Made by a program: the position numbers and the translations under genes. A stretch of DNA of 64,000 nt from an uncultured delta proteobacterium (lineage in GTDB: Bacteria > Desulfobacterota > Desulfobacteria > Desulfobacterales > Desulfosalsimonadaceae). The stretch is from the NCBI GenBank assembly GCA_963826785.1, contig CAWGYD010000001.1, positions 800,001-864,000 on the forward strand. The letters are read 5' to 3'. This document shows, piece by piece, positions 21,881 through 30,448 of this stretch (its first letter is position 1; each line of letters starts with the position of its first letter). Under the pieces are notes generated by a model. That model was not told the DNA's origin. It did not search any database and saw only the letters and a list, made by a program, of their open reading frames with translations.

Positions 21881-21938
21881 CTAAATAGATCCGTGGCTTT
21901 CCGTCTCCGAATTACATTCGGAGTTGGCTTTTTCTGAT
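21862..21938 (-). ncRNA. c-di-GMP-I (GEMM) riboswitch
   Basis: Minus strand reads AAAAAGCCAA-CTCCGAA-TGTAA-TTCGGAG-ACGGAAAGCCACGGATCT...AGAAAGCCGGGTTGCC, the delta-type GEMM pattern. Confidence 0.82.
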
Positions 21939-22102
21939 CTGTCGAGACGATATATTATGTGGTATTTCAATTATGAGGTACTGATAAGCAATATGTCAAA
22001 TATCCATTGTGCTAAGCGAATGGGGAAAGGTATGCAATATCAAGGGCTCAGATCATTGACAGGCTGGCATAGCGACGCCCTTGCGGGCACATTCCCAACT
22101 TA

Positions 22103-22768
22103 GTGAATCACTTATCTCACATGCGGAAAATGGCAAATCAAAGGTCAGGTCGGCGAAAGTATTACGATATCTTTTCCCACTTCTATGATGGATTTATAAG
22201 GCTGCATTCCCGCAATGACAATGCGGAAACCCGCGCCTTTTTAGTCGATTCGGCAGGGCTTGAGGGCCAGAAAAGCCCCGGCGTCCTGGATGTCTGCTGC
22301 GGCACCGGATCGGTGATTCTGGCGTTTGCGGAGCGGTTTGCCGAGATTGTACCCGTGGGCTGTGATTTTTCCCGGGGCATGCTGCGCCGGGCGCAGGAGA
22401 AGGACGCTTCCGGCAGACTGATCCTGGTGGAGGGGGATGCCGCGGCGCTGCCGTTTGAAAGCGACCTGTTCGATGCGGTCTGCTGCTCCCATGCGCTCTA
22501 TGAACTGAAAGGCCGGGCCAGGGAAGCGGCGCTTTTTGAAATGCGGCGGGTGGTCAAGCCCGGCGGCCGGGTGCTGATCATGGAGCATGAAGTCCCGGCC
22601 AAATTGTGGGTCAGGGTTCTGTTTCACATCCGGATGCGGATGGTGGGGTCAAAGGAGGCTTCCGCGTTTTTAAGGCAGGGCAGGGCGGCCTTCGAGAAAA
22701 TCTTTGCCGAAGTCTCCCTGTCGCACACCCCGTCCGGAAAAAGCCGGCTGTTTACGTGCCGGAAATAA
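22103..22768 (+). CDS. Class I SAM-dependent methyltransferase (UbiE-like)
   Basis: VLDVCCGTG, DFSRGML, GDAAALPF, EMRRVVKPGG. Start could be 22121. Confidence 0.88.
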   Translation: MNHLSHMRKMANQRSGRRKYYDIFSHFYDGFIRLHSRNDNAETRAFLVDSAGLEGQKSPGVLDVCCGTGSVILAFAERFAEIVPVGCDFSRGMLRRAQEKDASGRLILVEGDAAALPFESDLFDAVCCSHALYELKGRAREAALFEMRRVVKPGGRVLIMEHEVPAKLWVRVLFHIRMRMVGSKEASAFLRQGRAAFEKIFAEVSLSHTPSGKSRLFTCRK

Positions 22769-22853
22769 GCAATTCGCGTTTTGCCGCCCACATCAAAAAA
22801 TCCGCCTGACCGACACCCGAAGGGCTTTTTAAACTTCCGGCTTGCATCATTTA

Positions 22854-22867
22854 TGAGTATATGCTTA
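22854..22867. promoter_or_regulatory. Palindromic operator copy 1 (TGAGTATATGCTTA)
   Basis: Matches the recurring TGAGCATATGCTCA palindrome; upstream of the DUF364 gene. Confidence 0.65.
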
Positions 22868-22948
22868 TTATTCAAAATCAGTATCGAGAAAACAGTTACA
22901 TCCCCGGTTTCGGTTTCAAAATTTCTGAAAGGTACGATCGAAAAATCA

Positions 22949-23665
22949 ATGGATATTTATGAGCAATTGAAACAGGCGCTGAAAGAACAGATCCGCACCC
23001 GCCACCTTGCCGGAAAGCGGATTCACGTCAACTGCCGCGCCCTTTCCGCCCGGGAGGCCATCGGCGACCCCGAGCACGACGATTACCCCATCATCAAGGG
23101 CAAAGAATCGATGGTGGAGGCCGAGTTCTGCGGCGCCAGGGGCCAGGCGTTCTCTGATGATTTTGAAAACACCACCCTCGATATCGAGGATCTGCTCAGT
23201 CTCGATCTGGATTCGAACCGATCCAGGGCCACGTTTGTCGCCGCTTTGAATGCGATTTACCGGCATCTCGGACTGATCGAAAAGACGGTGCACTGCCGGG
23301 ACCAGGAGCCCGTGGAATGCGCCTCGCATCTTTCCGACATCATCGCCCCGGGGAAAAGGGTGCTTCTGGTGGGGCACCAGCCCAGATTTCTGGAAGCGCT
23401 TTCGGCAGGCAATCGGGTGCGGGCGGTGGATATGGATGCAGGCAATATCGGCAAAGCATTTTCCGGCATCATCATAGAGCCGCCGGAAAACACCGATGAT
23501 GCCATCGGGTGGGCGGATTTGATCTTCGCCACCGGCTCAACCCTGGTAAACGGCACTATTACGGTGCTTTTGAACCAGGATACGCCGGTGATCTTTTACG
23601 GGGTGAGTATTTCAGCGGCGGCCAGGATTTTGGGCCTTAATGTCTACTGCCGGTGCGGTCATTGA
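22949..23665 (+). CDS. DUF364 / Rossmann-like putative metal-chelation protein
   Basis: AIGDPEHDDYPIIKGKE, GQAFSD, AALNA, TVHCRDQEP..C, WADLIFATGSTLVNGT. Confidence 0.78.
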   Translation: MDIYEQLKQALKEQIRTRHLAGKRIHVNCRALSAREAIGDPEHDDYPIIKGKESMVEAEFCGARGQAFSDDFENTTLDIEDLLSLDLDSNRSRATFVAALNAIYRHLGLIEKTVHCRDQEPVECASHLSDIIAPGKRVLLVGHQPRFLEALSAGNRVRAVDMDAGNIGKAFSGIIIEPPENTDDAIGWADLIFATGSTLVNGTITVLLNQDTPVIFYGVSISAAARILGLNVYCRCGH

Positions 23666-23687
23666 TGGATGCCAGAAAGGATTTCAA

Positions 23688-24041
23688 ATGAAATGTCAAA
23701 AATGCGAAGTGGAGATAAAGGCGGATGACGCCATGGAAATCCATGGACAGGTCGTCTGCGAAGATTGTTATATCGATATGATGGCAAAACCGAAAACCTG
23801 TGATCCATGGGCGGTTTACAGCGCCAAAAACCTGGAGTCCCTGTCCGGCTCCAATATAACGGAATCACAGCAGGCGATCATCGATTATCTGGAAAAAAAC
23901 GGGCCGACTCCGCCGGAAAAACTCGCCTCCGATCTGAACCTGAGCCTCTCCGAGTTCGAGCGGGAAATGGCCGCCCTGCGGCACATGGAAAAAATACGGG
24001 CCCAGCTGCAGGAAGGCCGCAAGGTGATCTGCCTCTGGTAG
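23688..24041 (+). CDS. Small Cys-rich (CxxC..CxxC) protein with winged-helix-like C-terminus
   Basis: CQKC, CEDC, CDPW, then QQAIIDYLEKNGPTPPEKLASDLNLSLSEFEREMAAL. ATG follows AAAGGA. Confidence 0.75.
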   Translation: MKCQKCEVEIKADDAMEIHGQVVCEDCYIDMMAKPKTCDPWAVYSAKNLESLSGSNITESQQAIIDYLEKNGPTPPEKLASDLNLSLSEFEREMAALRHMEKIRAQLQEGRKVICLW

Positions 24042-24193
24042 CGGCGATTCGCAAATCCGGTACCGCAAAATTCCCCGCCAGGGGCGCACTTGTCAGTGGC
24101 GACGCTATATGGCGTTCAATGTGCCCTTATGGGCGCGGGACACGACGAACGGGTTGTTCAAGAAATGACGCCGCAGAGAACCCGTAATCGGAC

Positions 24194-24745
24194 TCACGAC
24201 AGATCGATCTCCAGGTCCCGGTGGATCTTTTTCATCCATTCGGGTATTTTCCGGTCGTCCGCTTTGTAAAAAGGCTGCACATAGGGCTTGATGTCGATAA
24301 TGGGGCTGCCGTCCACCGCGTCCAGTCCCTTTACGTTCAGCACATTGCCGTTGCGGCCGAGCAGCGGTACGGCCGACACCAGCACGGGATTGGGCCGGGC
24401 CGGGCTGCAGGTGGCGAAAATTCCCTGCAGGGGCAGGTCTTTGCGCCCCATGGGGTGCACCTTCTGAAGTTCCCGGCGCCCCGGTTCCACCAGGTGCGGC
24501 CAGTAAAGCACCAGGATGTGCGAAAAATCCTCGATGCCGTCCAGCAGGGCCGTCCATTTCGAAAAGATGATCAGTTCGCTGGTGCCCGCTTTGACCTTTT
24601 CGTGGTTTTCGCGGATTTTTTCAATCCGCTCCTCAAGCGCAATTCCTGATTCGCCCGCCGTCAGAAAGGGCTTTTTGATGCTGCTGCTCACCCGGCCGAT
24701 GGGGGTCAGCTGCATTTCCGGCCAGTTGTTCTGAATGTCGTCCAT
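24194..24745 (-). CDS. tsaA: tRNA m6t6A37 methyltransferase family (TsaA/TrmO)
   Basis: LTPIGRV, GIEDFSH, GIFATCSPARPNP, GLDAVDGSPIIDIKPY. Confidence 0.9.
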   Translation of the reverse strand: MDDIQNNWPEMQLTPIGRVSSSIKKPFLTAGESGIALEERIEKIRENHEKVKAGTSELIIFSKWTALLDGIEDFSHILVLYWPHLVEPGRRELQKVHPMGRKDLPLQGIFATCSPARPNPVLVSAVPLLGRNGNVLNVKGLDAVDGSPIIDIKPYVQPFYKADDRKIPEWMKKIHRDLEIDLS

Positions 24746-24819
24746 TCGGAATTCTCCTTTGAAGAATATTGATCAACATCATAAATATTGGCAGAGTTTG
24801 ACTTGAAATTCAAGTTTTA

Positions 24820-24833
24820 TGAGCATATGCTTA
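24820..24833. promoter_or_regulatory. Palindromic operator copy 2 (TGAGCATATGCTTA)
   Basis: Lies between the divergent tsaA and MBL genes, downstream of TTGACT. Confidence 0.7.
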
Positions 24834-24927
24834 AAAACTAAGCATAGCACGCGAAGGGGGAAAAAGAAATTTCTGGTCATCGGCGCAGATGCCGCAGGAG
24901 TCACGGGCAACACAGAAGGATCCGTTC

Positions 24928-25614
24928 ATGAAAATCACCATCCTCTATGACAATACCGCATGGGATAAAGATCTGATCGCCGACTGGGGCTTTGCCTGCC
25001 TGGTGGAGGCCCACGGCCGGTGCGTATTGTTTGACACCGGCGCCAGGTGGCCCATTCTTGATACGAACATGAAGACACTCGGCATCGATTCTTCCCGGAT
25101 CGACTGCGTCTTTATCTCGCATGACCACTGGGACCACACCGGCGGGCTTGCCGGGATGCTCAAGCAAATCCGGGTTCCGGTCTATGTCCCCGATTCCTTC
25201 AAGGGCGCCGGCAATATCGACGGCGCAGTCAGCATCCTGGAATCGCAGGCGATCGGTGAACATATTTTCTCCACGGGGGAGCTCAAGCACATCGAGCAGG
25301 CGCTTGTCATCCAAAACGGGGATGAACTGGTCGTGGTGGCCGGGTGCGCCCACCCGGGCGTGGGAGAGATTCTCGCAGCCGCATCGGAATTCGGAACTGT
25401 CGCCCACCTGGTCGGCGGATTGCACGGGTTTGATCAATTTTCCCTGGCCAATGATCTGAAAAGCATCTGCCCCACCCACTGCACCCGGCACATCCGGGAG
25501 ATTGCCGCCTACTGCCCGGACAAATACATCCCCGGCGGCGCAGGAAAGGTCATTTCAATTGATCAGACCGGCGGAATCAACCCGGACGCTAAACAGGCAG
25601 TAAATCCTCCATGA
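24928..25614 (+). CDS. MBL-fold metallo-hydrolase (dihydropterin-synthase-like family)
   Basis: KITILYDN, WGFACLVE, LFDTG, ISHDHWDHTGG, GCAHPG, GGLH, PTHCT. Confidence 0.88.
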   Translation: MKITILYDNTAWDKDLIADWGFACLVEAHGRCVLFDTGARWPILDTNMKTLGIDSSRIDCVFISHDHWDHTGGLAGMLKQIRVPVYVPDSFKGAGNIDGAVSILESQAIGEHIFSTGELKHIEQALVIQNGDELVVVAGCAHPGVGEILAAASEFGTVAHLVGGLHGFDQFSLANDLKSICPTHCTRHIREIAAYCPDKYIPGGAGKVISIDQTGGINPDAKQAVNPP

Positions 25615-26135
25615 GAAAAGGATATGTCCAAATCTATACCGGCGACGGCAAAGGAAAAACCACGGCAGCCCTGGGTCTGGCCCTTCGTGCGGCCGGCGCC
25701 GGCCTGAAAGTCTATTTCGGCCAGTTCTTAAAGAAATGGGACTACTGCGAGTTAAAAGCCCCGGAGCGCTGCGCAGACCTGATCACCATCGAGCAGTTCG
25801 GCAGCGGTGAACACATCATCGGCGCCCCCAAACCGCAGGACATCGAAGCCGCCCGGCGCGGCGTGTCCGCGGTCCGCGAGGCCATGGCCTCCGGCAGATG
25901 CGACATGGTGGTCATGGACGAGGCCGGCGTGGCCGAACACTTCGGCGTCATCCCAACCGGCGAGATCCTGAAGATCATCAGAGAAAAGCCGGACAGCATG
26001 GAGCTGGTCATCACCGGCCGATGGGTTTCGGAACAAATCCTCGTCGCGGCCGACCTGGTCACCGAAATGAAAATGATCCGCCACTACTACAACAAACCCC
26101 TGTGCGCCCGGGCGCGCAAAGGGATCGAAAACTGA
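25611..26135 (+). CDS. cobO: Cob(I)yrinate a,c-diamide adenosyltransferase
   Basis: GYVQIYTGDGKGKTTAALG, QFLK, MDE, ELVITGR, ADLVTEM...ARKGIE. Confidence 0.92.
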   Translation: MRKGYVQIYTGDGKGKTTAALGLALRAAGAGLKVYFGQFLKKWDYCELKAPERCADLITIEQFGSGEHIIGAPKPQDIEAARRGVSAVREAMASGRCDMVVMDEAGVAEHFGVIPTGEILKIIREKPDSMELVITGRWVSEQILVAADLVTEMKMIRHYYNKPLCARARKGIEN

Positions 26136-26503
26136 TTGTCGGCCCCTGAGACCCGGAACCGCCCCTTCCGATTTGTCCTTCCTGGGATGCCGGAGTTTCC
26201 AAAATTTCCTTCTTCAAAGCACCAGATCTGTTTGCCCCCGCGTAAAAATATCTCTTTAAATCGATATGTTTAATTGATATGCTCGAAGCAAAAGACAGAA
26301 GAAAATGACCATTTGGTCATTTACCATGAAAGCAACATATTGGAGAATGTGATATCGAGAACTTTTTCTGAATATCACCCTTCTGAAGTGAGATATTGAC
26401 CGAATTCGCTCGATATGAAGATTTCGTAAGCGAATTGGCTGTAAAATTAATGAGCGATTAGTACATTCATTTCTTGTTGGGCGTATAAACAAGGGAGGGA
26501 AAT

Positions 26504-27028
26504 ATGATCGACATTTCGTTTGAAATCGGTGGGAAGAAAGTTAATCCCAACAATATAGGTGATGCGCTTGAAAAAGCAATTCTGCAATCAGTAGTCGAAA
26601 ATATTACAAAGAAACTTAGCACTGTTCGTTGCGCAGAGCATGGTCGTCAACCTCAAGTGAAAGTGAAGGGGCATAGTACTGATAAATTATCATTTGAAGT
26701 CAAAGGGTGTTGCCAGACACTCATTGACAACTCTCTCAAAAAATTAAGGAAAATATCAGGAGAAAACAATGAATGGTCCGCCGGAAGTACCTCCTCATGT
26801 CAAGCTCGCTCAAGAAAAGGCCGAATGGGATGCAAAACAAAAGGAAAAAACAAAATCTCAATATGTTGTTATCACCGACATAGACATCCCATTCACGAAG
26901 CTTATAGGGTTTCTGGTAAAATTGGCAATTGCGGCCGTTCCTGCCGGTATAATTTTTGGCATTTTATGGATGATACTTGCAACAGTATTTTTTGGTGGGG
27001 CAATGAAGTAGCAATCCAATTTGATTAA
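26504..27028 (+). CDS. Cassette 1 ORF a, hypothetical (likely meaningful part about 80 aa; tail overlaps next ORF)
   Basis: Strong RBS GGGAGG; VRCAEHG and VKGCC motifs. After about residue 82 it runs in an alternative frame over 26769-27011. Confidence 0.55.
   Translation: MIDISFEIGGKKVNPNNIGDALEKAILQSVVENITKKLSTVRCAEHGRQPQVKVKGHSTDKLSFEVKGCCQTLIDNSLKKLRKISGENNEWSAGSTSSCQARSRKGRMGCKTKGKNKISICCYHRHRHPIHEAYRVSGKIGNCGRSCRYNFWHFMDDTCNSIFWWGNEVAIQFD
26769..27011 (+). CDS. Cassette 1 ORF b, small membrane protein
   Basis: RBS AGGAG; VVITDIDIPF..L.GFLVKLAIAAVPA hydrophobic segment. Confidence 0.6.
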   Translation: MNGPPEVPPHVKLAQEKAEWDAKQKEKTKSQYVVITDIDIPFTKLIGFLVKLAIAAVPAGIIFGILWMILATVFFGGAMK

Positions 27029-27072
27029 CCTATATTTGAAAGCGTCCTAATACTAACAAACTGAACGGAGTC

Positions 27073-27145
27073 GCCGAACGATCGGTTGCACATGGATTGC
27101 AATTCCGCTGCACTCCATTGCAAACCGTGAACCGAAGCGTTGGGC
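27073..27145 (+). repeat. attC site 1
   Basis: GCCGAAC-GAT-CGGTTGCAC...GTGAACCG-AAGC-GTTGGGC: R''/R' boxes, paired L arms with one extra base. Confidence 0.85.
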
Positions 27146-27150
27146 TTGAA

Positions 27151-27783
27151 ATGAAAAGTTTGCTCATGAGTAATGATATTCAAGCTATTTTTGAAAATAT
27201 AAAGACTCAGTACGGAGATGTTGCAAGCTGGGCAGTATGGAAACGTCATAGAGGCAATAGTTTGGTATCGAATATGGAAATAGAAGGTCTTTTTGATTTA
27301 GACATCAATTCTGAAATATTAGACCAGCTCAATAATAATATCATTATGGTTGGTTACAACTTTTCAATACCGCTGAATAATCCACCGAGATTTCATAATT
27401 TCCACACCTACAATGGTGCAAATATGAAACATAAGACCTTATGGAATGCATCAAAAATAAGATATGCTTTAACAGGCACTCCGTGTTATGGAGCATACAT
27501 GACTGATATAATAAAAAACTATGTTGAATCTAAATCGGAAAATGTGAAAACAGCCGACATTGATAACGACTTTAGGGTATTCCGCAAGGAACTTAAAACC
27601 TTACAATCTGATAAACCAACCATTATCGCTTTTGGAAGTAAAGTGTATAATTTGTTAAATAAACATTTAAAATCTTATGAATATTCAAAATTAATTGGTG
27701 TAACACACTATGCTCATTACGGTGATGGCTGCGCAACTCATGAAGGATACAGAGCAAAAGTACTAGACCAATTATCAAAATAA
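27151..27783 (+). CDS. Cassette 2, AT-rich hypothetical protein (possible UDG-like fold)
   Basis: Starts 6 nt after attC1 and stops 6 nt before attC2; motifs SWAVW, FHNFH, GAYMTDIIK, IIAFG...HYAH. Confidence 0.75.
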   Translation: MKSLLMSNDIQAIFENIKTQYGDVASWAVWKRHRGNSLVSNMEIEGLFDLDINSEILDQLNNNIIMVGYNFSIPLNNPPRFHNFHTYNGANMKHKTLWNASKIRYALTGTPCYGAYMTDIIKNYVESKSENVKTADIDNDFRVFRKELKTLQSDKPTIIAFGSKVYNLLNKHLKSYEYSKLIGVTHYAHYGDGCATHEGYRAKVLDQLSK

Positions 27784-27789
27784 ATGATG

Positions 27790-27877
27790 GCCCAACCACC
27801 GTCTCAACCAGATGCCGGATACTATGCGGTTTTTTAGCTGGCGTCCTTGGCGGCGCTGGTTAGCCGGAATGTTGGGC
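27790..27877 (+). repeat. attC site 2
   Basis: GCCCAAC-CAC-CGTCTCAACCAG...CTGGTTAGCCGG-AAT-GTTGGGC. Confidence 0.85.
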
Positions 27878-27926
27878 GTTAAGGCAGGTACGGTTCAGAG
27901 AGCTATAAACGGAGGAGAACGCGCCT

Positions 27927-28610
27927 ATGAAAGAACGCGAGATGGAGGATCTTCTGTGGGAGCATCCCGAAAAGCTCCTCAACGAGCCGCTGAAGCAATT
28001 TCGCCGGCAGCCTCGGCGGCCCGGGATTGGACGAGCGGACCTAGTATTTACGGATAGGCTCGACCGTCTTCTCGTGATCGAAATAAAGCACGGCACTCTA
28101 CCGCGGGGCGCGGTCCCGCAGGTGATCGATTATTTCGGCATGATGAAGAGGGAATTCCCCGATCGTCCGGTGGAAATGATGGTGGTTGCTAACGTGATTC
28201 CTGCCGAACGGCGAATCTCGTGCGAGCAGCATCACATTGAGCCGCGCGAGATCAGTGACAAAAAGTTTCGGGACGTCGCGAATGAAGTCGGCTACCTCAT
28301 CCAGTCTGAACAGGGTCAATCGGCCGAACCGGTTGCCGTTGGCAATACACAGCCGGTCCCGTCAGGCCGCCTCGTCACAACACCCCCCGCCACTCCACAC
28401 CCCCTCAAGGGCGAGGCCAAAGGGTTAGCGCGGAGCGGGATGCCGAGGTACGATGCGAATGGACGGATGTCCCCGGAGCGGAAGCGTCGAGTGGCCCTGA
28501 GGAAGGCGTTTGCAGCGAAAGGTTTGAGAATCGGGGCTGACCGCATTGATCCCCTCATCATGGCGGGGCTATCGGACGACGAGATTATTCGCCGTCTGAC
28601 CAACGTCTAA
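27927..28610 (+). CDS. Cassette 3, NucS-like PD-(D/E)xK endonuclease domain protein
   Basis: EREMEDLL..HPE, GRADLVFTD...LLVIEIK, QVIDY; RBS GGAGGAG; visibly more GC-rich than cassette 2. Confidence 0.8.
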   Translation: MKEREMEDLLWEHPEKLLNEPLKQFRRQPRRPGIGRADLVFTDRLDRLLVIEIKHGTLPRGAVPQVIDYFGMMKREFPDRPVEMMVVANVIPAERRISCEQHHIEPREISDKKFRDVANEVGYLIQSEQGQSAEPVAVGNTQPVPSGRLVTTPPATPHPLKGEAKGLARSGMPRYDANGRMSPERKRRVALRKAFAAKGLRIGADRIDPLIMAGLSDDEIIRRLTNV

Positions 28611-28663
28611 GCCAAGGACGATAGGCGGTGTCGGGTTTGCGAAGAGTCATACCAATTCGGATC

Positions 28664-28723
28664 GCCCAACAAGTCTAATGCAGCCGGCGCAAAAAGCAGC
28701 GCGGCTGATTAGCAGCGTTGGGC
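28664..28723 (+). repeat. attC site 3
   Basis: GCCCAAC-AAGT-CTAATGCAGCCG...CGGCTGATTAG-CAGC-GTTGGGC, a compact 60-bp attC. Confidence 0.9.
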
Positions 28724-28831
28724 TCTTATATGCTGCGAGCTGGGATTCCGGGGACACCTTACTAAATTCCAACCAGAAAATGCACCGAATAAAACCGGCG
28801 ATAAATGGTGGTCAAATTTTAATTTTTGCTA

Positions 28832-29098
28832 TCAGGGTAGGTTTCTATAAATATCTTTTCGGTGACCGATCCTGACAACCAGTATTAAGAGGTCATCCTC
28901 TTGAATCTCATAAATTATCCGATAATCTCCCACACGGATTTTGTGAAAAGGATTGTCGCCCTTCATTTTGGTTGTATCCGGATTTGGAGGGCCTTCAGTC
29001 AGGCTGTCAATTTTCTCGGCGATACGCTTTCTGTCAGCTTTCGGGATTTTTTTGAGCGTTCCTGCAGCAGACCTTTTGACCTCTATCCGATAACTCAA
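28832..29098 (-). CDS. relE: RelE/ParE-family toxin
   Basis: YRIEV...KIRVGDYRIIYEI...VVRIGHRKDIY. Confidence 0.9.
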   Translation of the reverse strand: MSYRIEVKRSAAGTLKKIPKADRKRIAEKIDSLTEGPPNPDTTKMKGDNPFHKIRVGDYRIIYEIQEDDLLILVVRIGHRKDIYRNLP

Positions 29099-29346
29099 AG
29101 TTCAAGGTCCTTTTTCAACTCTTCCCAGGGTATTGGATCACCTGGTTCTTTTTTGGCCTTCCAGGCATCCTCGATATCTATTTGATCTTCTAATTCCTGC
29201 AATAGTTTAAGTTCCTTCATCGAAACAAGAGCGGCAATCGGCTCCCCCCGGCGTGTCAGAACAAATGATTCATTTCCGAAGGCAACTCTGTTGATGATGT
29301 TTGAAAACTTTTTTCTGGCGTCGGCGGTCGTGATTTTGTTGAGCAT
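29095..29346 (-). CDS. Phd/YefM-family antitoxin
   Basis: ARKKFSNIINRV...LTRRGEPIAALVS; overlaps toxin start; RBS GAGGTG. Confidence 0.9.
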   Translation of the reverse strand: MLNKITTADARKKFSNIINRVAFGNESFVLTRRGEPIAALVSMKELKLLQELEDQIDIEDAWKAKKEPGDPIPWEELKKDLEL

Positions 29347-29361
29347 AACAAGCACCTCAAA

Positions 29362-29415
29362 TGTACAATTTGGTTAATTTGTACAAAATGTAAATATATA
29401 TTCGTAAATTGTCAA
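29362..29415 (-). promoter_or_regulatory. TA promoter with TGTACA operator palindromes
   Basis: TTGACA on the minus strand at 29410-29415; TGTACA at 29362 and 29380. Confidence 0.6.
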
Positions 29416-29611
29416 CCAATACAATCGATCACCTCAATGAATCTGCACGCGCAATAGCGGAGGCGGAAAACCGGGAAATCCGGCTGTATGAGAAATACAA
29501 AGCGCATTGCAGCTACGGTGTATATATTCTAAGAAAGCTGGATCCGCAAAACGCCGGCACAAATTCTTCTGGCACATGAACCCTTGCTGCATCAATGAAT
29601 GGAGTGACGCC

Positions 29612-30145
29612 ATGTTTATCGAACTTGCCACCAGACGCAGAAGCATTCGACAGTTCCAGAATCGGCCAATTGAAAAGGAAAAGGTCGATTTGCTCCTCGA
29701 GGCGGCCCTGCGGTCGCCTTCTTCCCGCGGACTCAACCCCTGGCGGTTTATCGTGGTGGACGATCCCAGAATCATTGCAAACCTGTCTGCGGCCAAACCC
29801 CACGGAGCGGCTTTTTTGAAAAATGCCCCCCTTGCCGTGGTGATCTGTGCCGAGCCGGAAATTTCGGACGTGTGGGTGGAGGACGCGGCCATCGCATCGA
29901 TTTTTGTTCACCTGGCGGCAACCGATCTGGGGCTGGGCAGCTGCTGGATCCAGATCCGGGGCCGCGACCACGATGCAAAGCAGTCGGCGGGCGCCTTTAT
30001 CGCCGGACTTCTGGGCATCCCGGAAGGGGTCGAAGTCGAATCGATCATGGCCATCGGCTATGCCGCCGAGGAAAAAGCGGCCCATCCCACAGACCGCCTG
30101 CTCTACGACAGGGTGAGTTACAACGCCTATGGCCGCACGCGCTGA
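29612..30145 (+). CDS. Nitroreductase family protein
   Basis: RRRSIR, RSPSS.GLNPWRFIVV, DAAIA, LGLGSCW, AIGY. Confidence 0.92.
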   Translation: MFIELATRRRSIRQFQNRPIEKEKVDLLLEAALRSPSSRGLNPWRFIVVDDPRIIANLSAAKPHGAAFLKNAPLAVVICAEPEISDVWVEDAAIASIFVHLAATDLGLGSCWIQIRGRDHDAKQSAGAFIAGLLGIPEGVEVESIMAIGYAAEEKAAHPTDRLLYDRVSYNAYGRTR

Positions 30146-30232
30146 TATGCCCGTCAGCTTATAGGCATTGAACGCGCGCGCCGGGAAGTGCCAGGGGGGG
30201 CTTAAAATTTTCATCGGATCATCATTTTCAGG

Positions 30233-30278
30233 TTGACAACAAAATCTTTTTCCGGTTATTTTTTCGAGCATATGCACA
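30233..30278 (+). promoter_or_regulatory. Sigma70-like promoter with operator copy 3 (CGAGCATATGCACA, 30265-30278)
   Basis: TTGACA at 30233, TATTTT at 30257, palindrome immediately downstream. Confidence 0.6.
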
Positions 30279-30399
30279 ATATGAAATTGTGCGGGTAAGC
30301 CGTTTTTTGCTGTCCTGATCGATGCGCCTGTGAAAGGCGTTGCCCAATTTTTGTGATCAAGCGGCAGCATTATTCAAAATAGTAATTATAGCCAATTTC

Positions 30400-30448
30400 A
30401 AGCCACGAAGGCCGTATTCCGATGGATCGGGTCTTCGTGGCTTTTTTT
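30400..30448 (+). terminator. Intrinsic terminator/attenuator in the TonB receptor leader
   Basis: AAGCCACGAAGGCC...GGTCTTCGTGGCTT stem plus T7 tract, about 55 nt before the start codon. Confidence 0.7.

Larger units (their letters stand above)
26476..28723 (+). mobile_element. Integron gene-cassette array without integrase (CALIN)
   Basis: Leading GTTGGGC core site at 26476 and three attC sites, each after a short co-oriented ORF; no tyrosine recombinase in the window. Confidence 0.85.

Noticed and set aside
26476..28723. CRISPR array
   Set aside because: The repeats share only 7-bp ends, are 60-88 bp imperfect palindromes and are separated by whole genes; this fits attC.
28744..28770. TTCCGGGGACACCTTACTAAATTCC resembling ends seen near REP-associated transposases
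   Set aside because: Single copy with no partner end or transposase in the window.
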